From positions 87,988,290 to 88,052,289 of the forward strand of contig JARFYF010000084.1 in the NCBI GenBank assembly GCA_030265395.1: 64,000 bases of DNA, in the 5' to 3' direction. The notes under the pieces were generated by a model, which was not told the origin of the DNA, ran no database searches, and saw nothing but the letters and a program-made list of their open reading frames with translations. This DNA comes from Rhina ancylostomus (lineage: Eukaryota). The position numbers were made by a program, and so were the translations under genes. Shown here piece by piece: positions 13,101 to 25,100 of the stretch; positions within the stretch are counted from its first letter, which is position 1; each line of letters begins with the position of its first letter.

Positions 13101-16100
13101 GATTTATCAGGATGATGCCAGTGAAACAAAGTCATAGTATTGAAGAGAAAGTAAGATATTGGGACTATTTCCACTGCACCACAAGATAAATTTATTCAAG
13201 GTTTCTAAAAAAGTGCCAATCATTTTGAATGGATGCACTATTTCCTCAAGTCAATGATGTATGGTAACATTAATTTCTATCTATAAATACGAATTGAAAG
13301 CAGATTAAGGGTAATACTGGGTTATGGTAAAAAAAAGTCTTTCTGCTGCCCTAATGATCTTGAGGAAAGGTAATCTTTTGTCCTTACCTGGTCTGACCTA
13401 TACAGAACTCCAGACTCGTATGTGGTTCACTCTTAATTGCCTTCTGAAAGGTCCAACAAGCCAATCAGCGTAGCAGCAATCAAGGAAAGGCAATGAATGC
13501 TGGCCAGGCTGGTAATGCCCACATCCCACAAACAAATTTTAACATTTTAAATTCTTAAATAATAAACAAACCTAGAATAAAAGAACACAGAAGGCCATTT
13601 GACCATTCGCTTATGTTAACTCCTTAAAAAGTAGTATTCAACTAATCCCACTCTTCTGCTCTTTGTTTATCTCCCTGTAAATTTTGCCTTTTCAAGTATA
13701 TATTCAGTGCCCTTTTAAAAGTTACAGTTGAATTTGCTTCAATATTAGGTAGCACAGTCCAGATCATAAATCACTATATGTGTGAAAAAAGTGTCTAATT
13801 TTTGGTTCTTCTATCAATTATTCAAAATCTGTTTCCAAGTTACCAACTCTCCTGCCAGTGGAAACAGTTTCTCCTTGCTTACTTTGTCAAAACTGATCAT
13901 AATTTTGGTCTCCTCTACTAAATCTCTTCTTAACCTTTACATACCAAAGGAGAGTAATCCCAGTATCTATTATTCCCGCCAAATCAAACTCCCACATTCC
14001 TGCATCATCCTCGTAAATCTCCTCTGTACCCTTTTAAAGGCCTGGTACATAACTGTTTGGCAGCAAGGGCCAAATTGACAGCTCAAAATACTTGTGAGGA
14101 CCACTCCCATCAACAGGGAAGTCTCAAACTTCGTAAAAGATTCTGTCATTCTGGCTGCATGTAGAAGTAAATGGCAGAATACTAAAATTACTGAGAAATC
14201 TGGATGCCAAATTTGTGCCATGTCAGTATTCAATGGTCAATCAACGGTCAATAATGGCTGAGAAAGAGATGGAGGCAGATTTCAGAGTATTTTGTTTTGA
14301 ATTAATTGACTACAGTTGTATTTAAGTATATTGGTTTTGGTGTTTCTAGTGTTCTAATTATTTTAAATTTAATATTTACATTGTAAAATCATTAAAACAC
14401 ATATCATGAATAGAATTACTTAATTTTTATTATTTTTGGTCATTTTTGAATGTTTGTCAATGTCAGTGATATTCACAAATGTTTAAATAGTTCTGCCTGA
14501 AGGCACGACTTAACTGAACGTCAAGATTTGGCAGGGCCTTGCTGTTTAGGATCCAGTTTCAGGGTCCTGGGTAGTGTGTTGGAATTAATCTGTTATGAAG
14601 GCCACTGTCAAGCATTCTGGGACAGTGCCCATCCAGAATGTGTTGCAGGTAAGTGCAGAAATGGGACTAATGAGTGTGAGTGACTCAATGCCAACCAAGG
14701 TGTGTATGGGCCATATGTTGTGTATCAGAGCCTTAAACTTTGTCAAAAATACAATGATCGGAATTGAACCAAGTATTCTAGCTGCAGCATAACCTGTCAT
14801 TTGTAGTGGATTAGCGTCACTTATTTTGTATTCTGGGCCACTGTTTTCAAAGCCAAGGATACCTTAAAAACTTGTCTTGATGCTAATCCAGGAAATCAAG
14901 ATTTTAAATAGGTACCTAAACTTTTTATGGAGTGCAATATAAAAACTGGAATACATACATTATAGTAAAAACTAAAATATAATTCTTTAATTGAAGAATA
15001 AAGGAAGAAACACATCTTATTTTAAGATCAATTGGATTTATTAAAAACTCAGTGGCTCCTATTCCAACAAAGTTCCAAGATTTTGAGCTGTTTTTCTGCA
15101 TTGAGAAGATTAAGTATTTGGCCTAGTTTGTAACTTCTGCAGGTCACTGATTTCTGAAGATTTTGCTGGAGAGGTTTGACAAGCAGAACTCCCTGTGGAG
15201 GATCAGGGAAGTGATGTTAGCAGCTTCTGGATTTCTCTATTTAACTCCAAGTACATATGCCAGAAGTTAATTTACTCCAAAACTAGACCTTAGAAAATAA
15301 CAACAACAAAAAATTCTGATGCAGGGAATCTGAGAAACAAGCAGGAAATGCTGGAAACACTCAGTAAGTCAAGCAGCCTCTGTGGTAAGAGACACAGAGT
15401 TAACATTTTAGTCAAAGACCTTTCATCAGAACCCAAATCTATGCCTATGCTAGGTAACAATGAATGGCTAAGATTAAAGCCTAGCAACAGAAGAACTAAC
15501 TTTAAAAAAAATCAATGTGTAGAGTTGGGGTNNNNNNNNNNNNNNNNNNNNNNNNNNNNNNNNNNNNNNNNNNNNNNNNNNNNNNNNNNNNNNNNNNNNN
15601 NNNNNNNNNNNNNNNNNNNNNNNNNNNNNNNNNNNNNNNNNNNNNNNNNNNNNNNNNNNNNNNNNNNNNNNNNNNNNNNNNNNNNNNNNNNNNNNNNNNN
15701 NNNNNNNNNNNNNNNNNNNNNNNNNNNNNNNNNNNNNNNNNNNNNNNNNNNNNNNNNNNNNNNNNNNNNNNNNNNNNNNNNNNNNNNNNNNNNNNNNNNN
15801 NNNNNNNNNNNNNNNNNNNNNNNAGTAATGGACAGACAAGGAAGGCTTTAAGATAGATATAAGGAGTGGACCTTGCAGGAAAGTATTGAATTGGGGTAGG
15901 TCAAATTATGAGGGCATCAGACAGGAGCTAGGAGAGTAGATTGGGAAGAGTTGTTTTCGGACAAATCCACACCTGACATGTAGAAGTTGTTTAAAGACCA
16001 GCTGCATAGAGTTTTGGACGGGTTCGCTCCAGTAAGAGGGAATGACAAGAATGGCAAGGCACAGGAAACTTGGATGATGAGAGAGGTATTTAATTTAGTC

Positions 16101-19100
16101 AAGAAGAAGGAGGAAGCATATTTAAGGCTCAGGAAGCTGGAATCGAACAGAGTGCTTGAAAACTAAAGGAGCCAGAAGGGGAACTCAAAGGGATGCAGGA
16201 GAGCTAGAAGAGGTCATGAAAAATCCTTGGTGAGTAGGATTAAAGAGAATCCCAAGGCATTTTGTACATAAATCAAGGGCAAGAGGATAACTAGGGAGAT
16301 AGTAGGACCTCTCAAGGATAAAGGAGGGAACTTATGCTTGGAGGCAGAAGATGTGGGCAAAATCCCAAATGAGTACGTTGCATCAGTATTTACCGAGGAG
16401 GATGTAGAGGATAGTGAGATCAGAGTGGAGCATGCTAAGATGCTAGGGCATTTTGAGATTGGAAAAGAGGTATTGCTAGGTCTCTTGAAAAGCATTAAGG
16501 TGGATAAATCCCCAGGGCCTGATGGGATATACCCCAGGGTATTGAGAGATGTGAGAGATGAGAATGCTGGGGCCTTGACCAAGATCTTTGAATCTTTGCT
16601 AGCCACAGGTGTGGTGCTGGAGGTCTGGCAAGTAGCTAATCTTGTTCCTTGGTTCAAGAAGGAAAATAGGGATAATTCTTTAAGTTATAAACCAGTGAGT
16701 CTCACATCAGTAATAGGGAATCTGATAGAGAGGATTCTTAGGGATAGGATTTATGAGCACTTGGAGAAGCACGATCTAATTAGGGACATGCCCCCATGGC
16801 TTTGTGCAGGGCAGGTCATGTCTGACTAATCTGATTGAGTTTTTTGAGGAGGTGACAAAGGTAATTGTTGAAGGTAGAGCAGTGGATTTTATATCCATGG
16901 ATTTTAATAAGGCATTCAACAAGGTCCTGCATGGTTGGCTCATTCAAAAAAATCGGTTATGGGATCCACAGTGGCTTGGCTGATTGGATCCAAAATTGGC
17001 TTGACCGTAGAAGACAGAAGGTTGTGATGGATGGGTCTTATTCTGGATGGAGGTCTGTGACTAGTAATGTTGCACAGAGATCTGTCCTGGGACCTCTGTT
17101 GTTTGTCATATGTTTTTATGTGTGTGTGTGTANNNNNNNNNNNNNNNNNNNNNNNNNNNNNNNNNNNNNNNNNNNNNNNNNNNNNNNNNNNNNNNNNNNN
17201 NNNNNNNNNNNNNNNNNNNNNNNNNNNNNNNNTGAATGGCATTGTGGATTGCACAGAAGATTTCCAAAGAATACAGTGAGATATAGATATACATCAGTTG
17301 CAGATATGGGCAGAGTAGTTGCAGATGGAGTTTAATCCAGGCAAGTGTAAGGGGAGTTTGGGAGATCCAACATAAAGGAGAGTATACAGTTAGTGGCAGG
17401 ATCCTTAATACATAGAAACATAGAAAAACTACAGCACAATTCAGTCCTTTGGCCCACAAAGCTGTGTTGAACATGTCCCTACCCTAGAGATTACGAGGCT
17501 TACCCATAACCCTCTATTTTTCTCAGCTCCATGTACGTATCCAACAGTCTCTCAAAAGACTCTATCGTATCCACCTCCACCACCATTACTGGCAGCCCAT
17601 TCCACACACTCACCACTCTCTGAGTAAAGAAACTTACCCCTGACATCTCCTCTATACCTACTCCCCAGCACCTTCAATTTATGTCCTCCTGTGGCCACCA
17701 TTTCAGCCCTGGGGAAAAGCCTCTGACTATCTACCCAATCAATCCCTCTCATCATCTCATACACCTCTATCAAATCCCCCCTCATCCTCAGTTGCTCCAA
17801 GGAGAAAAGGCCAAGTTCCCTCAACCTGCTTTCATAATGCATGCTCTGCATTCCAGGCAGCATCCTCGTAAATCTCCTCTGTCCCCCTTCTATGGCTTCC
17901 ACATCCTTTCTGTAGTGAGGCGACCAGAACTGAGCATAATACTCCAAGTGGGGCCTGACCAGGGACCTATACAGCTGCAACAATACTTCTCAGCTCTTAA
18001 ATACAATTACCCGATTGACGAAGGACAATACACCATATGCTTTCTTACGCCTTCTAATAGTGTTGATGAACAGAGGGATCTTGGGATTCAGGTACATTGA
18101 TCCCTAAAAGTGGCCACACAGGTTGATCGGGTAGTAGAGAAGGAATAGGGCATACTTGCCTTCATTAGTTGAGGCACTGAGTTCAGCAGCCAGGAAGTTA
18201 TGTTACTATATAAAACCCTGGTTCAGCCATATTTAGAGTATTGGGTTCAAATCTGGTTGCCTCGTTATAGGAAGGATGTAGAGGCTTTGGAGAGGGTGCA
18301 GAGGAAGTTTACCAGGATGTTGCCTAGTTTGGACATGTGCTACGAGGAGAAATTGGACAAGCTGGGCTGGGGTTTTTTTGAGCAGTGGAGGCTGAGGAGA
18401 AATCTGATAGAAGTTTATGAAGTTATGGGAGGCGTAGATAGAGTTGGCAGCCAGTATCTTTTTCCCAGGATTGAAGTGTCTAGTACTGGAGGGCATATAT
18501 TTAAGGTGAGAAGGGGAAAGTACAAAGGAGATGTGCGGGGCAAGTTCTTTTACACAGAGAGTGGTGGGGGCCTGGAATGCACTGCCAGCGATGGTGGTAG
18601 AGGCAGATAGCATAGGAGCATTTAATAGACTCTAATAGGCACATGAATATGCAGAGAAGGGAAAGATATGGTCCAGTGTGGTGAAGAGGGATTAGATGAA
18701 TTAGGAGTCATTGGTTTAGTAATTTTGGCACAATGTCATGGGCCGAAAGGCCTGTCCTGTGCTGTACTGTTCTATGAAAGAGTGCAGGATGGATTAAATG
18801 AGATGAAGGGTGATGGTGCGAGTGAAACGGAGATGGTAATGATTGCATGTAAAACCAGAAGAGTTGCAAATGATTACAGGTGAATAGGAGAGTTGGAGAA
18901 AAACATGGAAAGTTGAGCAAAACAAAAGGCTTTAGTGGCCCAGGGCAGTGTCAGAGAAAGGTAGACCCTATGTGTGCAGACTAACTAATCAGCTGTCCCC
19001 AACCCAAGCTTCAGTAAATACCTTAATGGAAGAGTGGATAAGGTCAGGGAAACACAAGGGAGTGGAATGCTGAATTAAGGAGGTTTAAAGCAGAGTTATT

Positions 19101-22100
19101 ATATTCCTTGGGAAGCTAAGCTGCAAATGAGACCGATGCAAGCTAAAAATAGCTACTCATGCAAGGAGAGGTGCAAGTTCCGAAGACTGAGAGACTGATT
19201 TAAAAACAATAAAGAAAGGTCTACAATGGTAGTTAGAAAGCAGTCAAAGTTAAGAGTAATTTTCTGTTTTCTTTACAAACCTCTGAAAAGAACAAAGTAA
19301 AAAGAAATTTGTATAAAATAGTGGTAACAGATTTGTTAATATGTCCTTTGTATCCATTGTCACAATAGCGGAAAATAAACCACCACTAACTGAATTCAAG
19401 TCAAGGAGAGGAAGTTCATTAAGTCTGAGTTTTTATTTTGTCCATTTCAATGCTCTTAATATCACCAATAACCAAATGCCACAAGCATGATTGTCAATAA
19501 ACTAAAAGAGCAAACAAAAAATTGTTGAGATTGAATTATTATGCACATCAACACTTGATGACATTAGTTTCTGAGTGGCTGAACAGCTGCTAATCAGAAG
19601 GCTGACAAAATGTCAGCTTGTCTACTAATTCAAAGTTTTAAAAATCAGTCGTATCTGAGATAAGGCGGCCTGCCTAGAAGTCATGATTACAGATCTAACA
19701 CAATGCAGAGGGCAGCAAGTGGAAATAGCTTAAGTTTTGTAGTTTAATTATTTTAAAAGTAACTTCCCCAATAGGCAGGAAGTATGACTTTAAAACCAAC
19801 AGCAGCTAGCAATTACTGTTTTATTTTATGATGGTTTGGTGTTGGCCCGGGATCTAAGAGGAGATCGTGTGGAGATATTAGGAACTTGTTGTTCAGGCTT
19901 GGCTTCTTCAATTGCAAATGTTTTGCTGGGATATCTGTGTTGCTGTAGTGGTCAAAGGAGGATTTTTCCATAGCAATGAGCACTTATTTGCACAAACTTC
20001 ATTTCACAAACCACAACCCCCTCTACCCCTCCCTCACCCACTTAATTATCTTTTGTCTTCTGAAAGCATGCATGATGGATACAGATTAATAGTTGTTGGA
20101 AGCNNNNNNNNNAAATACAGTAAGAGTTGACTGACTATTCAAGTTAGGAATCATAGCAGCCTGAGTGAGGTTCTGTGCCCACCTACACCTCCGCCAAGCT
20201 TACTTCTATTTGAAATCACTAGATGTGATCTGGAATAGGAAACATTGGGGATATATTGTCTCTGCCTCAATAATTCAGAGGATACAGCCATTTGTGGCGA
20301 ACACCCATATCCTTGTTCACATTTATATTTTGTATGAATTTTATTTTAAAACACATGACTGGAATGCTATGCCTAAGATCAATGTTGATTTCAAATCAGG
20401 TCTTCATCTGCTTAAATAGGACCTGGCTCTCTCCATTTGTAGCAGAACTCCTCAAATGTTCAAGTAGTCTCAGCCACAATTATCAGCTCTGAAGTTCTGT
20501 TTTTGGAAGGAAAATAATGTTTGCTTGAAGCACTGGATAAAGTATTTTTCTCCCCTTTTCTTGTAGGCCAAAGGCTTTGAGCTGGGGTACTTGGAGAAAG
20601 TTCCAGAGGTGAAAGACACGGTGCATAAGCAATCTCTTCTGCATCACATTGCAACCATTGTGGTGGAAAAATTTCCAGATAGTTCAGACCTGTACTCTGA
20701 GATTGGGGCCATCACGAGGTCAGCCAAGGTATGTCAGCGAAAAAAAATTCTGTCTGTCTATTCTCCAGATGGTGCAGCTGTATTTTCCAGCCAGAGCAAA
20801 AGGTAACAAAATATTGTTTTGCCTTTTACTCGAGAATTTTTCAAGTTAAGGAGTTTGGGGTATTTTGGAATCTTTCACATCCCAGTACATTAATGTAGGG
20901 TCTCAGAAATCAACCAACTTCACCCAGGCTTTCGGTTTGTAGTCTTGCTGGAAAGTTCAGACATAAATATTTTTTTTTGGTTGGGGGAAATATGAAGTCA
21001 TTAATGCATCAGTCATAAAATGGAGAAGGCTATAAAGTAGCATGTGGAATCCAGTGTGGAGATTTGGAGGTTATGCAATACTATCATAAAACCTGCTCTT
21101 GCTACCATGCTCCCATTGCAGCAGAGAATATGAAGCCAGCAACTTATCATCATAAGGAATCAGAGCAAAGGTAGGCAATATGGGCACTCAACCTTGCTCT
21201 GCCTTTGAATATGTTTAAAGTCAAAGTCGAGTGTATTGTCATATGCACAGTACATAGGTGCAATGAAAATCTTACTTGCAGCAGCATCACCAGCACAGAG
21301 TTTTAGAGACACAACATTCACAAGATAAATTATACAATAAAGAAAATAATTAGAACAAAAACAATACAAAGTCCATTGTAGTGCAAAGTGATCAAGTTTA
21401 TGGTTAATATCCTGCTGCCACTTCCAAAGCATTACATGCGCCATTGAGTCAGATCTCAGTTTTATCCCTTGGGTCGGGCCTCATTGCCTTTTCACTGTGG
21501 TGTACAGTGTCACACTTCCTGAGCCGCAATGGGATGGTGATCCATCTGAGCAAATATGAAAAAGGACAAGTATCAAACAAAAATTCATTCTCAAAGGACA
21601 TTGATCATTCTTTGATCTCGAAGAAATTGTGGCAGCAAGCTTGACCACCCAGTTCTATTATATTTTAATCAAGTTGGGAATCACAGCCACTGTACCTAAT
21701 CCTGGCTACAGCTCCCCCAAACTTCCTTTCTACCTAGAGTGACTAGATGATGAGATCTTACAAGTTGCAATGTGAATGCAACTGATCAAGCTAGATGCAA
21801 TTGATCTTACCCATAGCATTCCAGACAATGCGATGTTTTAGAAAAGATAGAAAGGGAGCTTAAGGGAGGGGTGGGGGGAGTTGCACTACTAATCAGGGAC
21901 AATATCACAGCTGCACTCAGAGAGGACATAATGGAGGACCTGTCCACTGAGTCTATATGGGTAGAACTCAAAAATAAGGAAGGTGCAATCACTCTGATGG
22001 GATTACACTACAGGCCCCCCAGTGGCCACTGGGACATTGACTAACAGATATGCAGGCAGATTAGGGTTGTCGTCGTGGGGGACTTCAACTTCCCTAATAT

Positions 22101-25100
22101 AAACTGGAACCTCCTTAGTGCAAGAGGTTTAGACAGGGCAGAATTTGTTAGGTCCATCCAAGAGGGTTTCTTAAATCAACATGTAGATCGTCCAATGAGA
22201 GGAGGGGCCTTCCTGGACCTGGTGTTGGGTAATGAGCCTGGTCAGGTGACCAACCTTTCAGTGGGAGAACAGTAAGGGAACAGTAACCACAGCTCCTTAA
22301 GTTTTAAGACAGCTGTAGAGAAGGATAAGTATGGACCTAGCGTGTGAGTATTAAATTGGAGCAGGGCAAATTACGAGAGCAATAGGCAGGAACTAGGGAA
22401 AATTAATTGGAAACAATTGTTTCTGGGCAAGTCCANNNNNNNNNNNNNNNNNNNNNNNNNNNNNNNNNNNNNNNNNNNNNNNNNNNNNNNNNNNNNNNNN
22501 NNNNNNNNNNNNNNNNNNNNNNNNNNNNNNNNNNNNNNNNNNNNNNNNNNNNNNNNNNNNNNNNNNNNNNNNNNNNNNNNNNNNNNNNNNNNNNNNNNNN
22601 NNNNNNNNNNNNNNNNAGCACTTGAGGATTACAAAGAAGCCAGAAAGGAACTCAAGAAGGGAATTAGGAAAGCCAGGAGAGGCCATGAAAAGTGCTTGTC
22701 AAGTAGGGTTAAAGAGAATCCCAAGGCATTCTATATATACATCAAGAGCAAGAGGATAACTAGGGAGAGGGTAGGACTCAAGGATGAAGGATGGAACATG
22801 TGCTTGGAAGCAGAAGATGTAGGTGAGGTCCTTAATGAGTATTTTGCATCAGTATTTATCAAGGAGAAGGACATTGAGGAGGGAGAGATCAGTGCAGAGC
22901 ATGTTGATATGCTAGGGCATTTCAAGATAGAGGAGGAGGTAGTGTTGGGTCTCTTAAAGAGCATTAAAGTGGATTAGTCCTCAGGGTCTGATGGGATATA
23001 CCCCAGGTTATTGATTGAGACAAGAGATGAGATTGCTGGGGCCTTGACCAAGATCTCCATGTCCTTTCCAGCCACAGACGAGATCCTGGAGGGCTGGCAA
23101 GTAGCTAATGTTGTTCCACTATTTAAGACGGGAAACAGGGATAATCCTGGTAACTATAGACCAATGTCTCACATCAATGGTAGGGAAGTTACTGGAGAGG
23201 ATTGTTATGAGCATTTGGAAAACCACAGCCTAATTAGGGACAATCAGCATGACTTTGTGCAGGGCAAGTCATTCCTTACCAACTTGATTGAGTTTTTTGA
23301 CAAGGTGATGAGGGTGATTGATGAAGGTAGAGCTGTGGATGTTGTCTGCATGGATTTTAGTAAGGTGTTTGACAAGGTCCCTCACGGGAGGCTCACCCAG
23401 AAGGCTAAGATGAACTGGCCGTTTGGATTCAGAACTGGTTTGCCCATAGAAGACAGATGGGTCAATGGGACTTATTCTGGCTGAAGGTCTAGTGGCATTC
23501 CTCAGGGATCCCTAGTAGGACCTCTGCTGTTCGTGATGTTTATAAATGATCTGGATGAAAATGTACATATGTGGGTTAGTAAGTTTGCAGACAATACAAA
23601 GGTTGTTGTATTGTGTACAGCGTAGAAGACTGGAAAAGTATGCAGTGGGATATAGAGCAGGTGCAGATATAAGCAGAGAAATGGCAGATGGAGTTCAACT
23701 GGCCTAATGTGAGGTGCTGCACTGTGGGAGATAAAATGTAAAGAGACAGTACATTGTTAATAGCAAAACCCTTAACAGTGTTGATGAACAGAGGGATTTT
23801 GGGTTCCAAGTTCATAGCTCCCTGAACATGGCTACACAGGTTGATAGGGCGGAAAAGAAGGCATATGGCATGCTGGCCTTCATTAGTCGAGGTACTAATT
23901 CAAGAGTCAGGAAGTTATGCCTGCAACTTTATAAAAGTTTAGTTTGGCTGCATCTGGAGTGTTGCATTCAGTTCTGGTCGCCCCATTATAGGAAGGATCT
24001 CAAGGCTTTGGATAAGGTACAGAAGAGGTTTCCCAAGATGCCTGGATTAGAGGGCATGTGCTGTGAGAATAGGTTGGACAAACTTGGTGTGTTCTCTCTG
24101 GAGTGGCAGAGGCTGAGGGGAGATCTGACTGAGTAAACCTAGGGGGAGATATGAGAGGCATAGATAGACATCCAGTATCTATTCCCCAGGGTTGAAATGT
24201 CTAATACCAGAGGGCATACATTTAAGGTGATGGGGGGAGGGGGGACAAGTTCAAAGGAGATGTGCGGGGCAAATTTTTTTTACNNNNNNNNNNNNNNNNN
24301 NNNNNNNNNNNNNNNNNNNNNNNNNNNNNNNNNNNNNNNNNNNNNNNNNNNNNNNNNNNNNNNNNNNNNNNNNNNNNNNNNNNNNNNNNNNNNNNNNNNN
24401 NNNNNNNNNNNNNNNNNNNNNNNNNNNNNNNNNNNNNNNNNNNNNNNNNNNNNNNNNNNNNNNNNNNNNNNNNNNNNNNNNNNNTCTACGAAAAAAAGCA
24501 TTTCCCACCCCCCCCCCACCCTCACCCCCAGTGATATTAGTTAAAGGATAAATGAATCCCATGGACACCAGGGAAAACTCTTCTCCCCTTCATGTGTAGT
24601 ACAGGATCTTCTGTGCCCATTCCAAGAGAGCAGGCAGGGTGTACTTTGATATCCGATGACAGTCCCTGGATACTCCAGCTCTCTCTCAGAGCTGTACTGA
24701 AGTGTCATGTACAAGGGTCTCAGGAGCAGAGCTTGAACCTTCAGCTTTCTGCCTTGGGTGAGGTAAGAGGATTTTTTGAGTGACACAAACCTATATTCTG
24801 GCATGCTATTCAATATGAAAAGAATATAACAAGAATAGCATCTTGGGCAACCTGAAGGAAGGTTCCAGCATTATTGGCTAGGTGTTAGCTGCCTCACACC
24901 ATGAACGGGCTGGAGACACAAGAGCTTGCAGATGCTGGAATCTGGAGCAAAAACCAAACTGCTGGAGGAACTCAGATTCAGGCAGCATCTGTGGAGGGAA
25001 ATGGACGGTTGATGCTTCAGGTCAAGACCCTTCATCTGGACCAGTTCCTCCAGCGGTTAATATTTTTGCCCCATGAAGTGGGTGAATTGGTAAAGTTATT

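Noticed and set aside
15824-24283. RT and endonuclease ORFs as a possible novel or domesticated reverse-transcriptase system
   Set aside because: Ordinary CR1 LINE copies with many stops and frameshifts.
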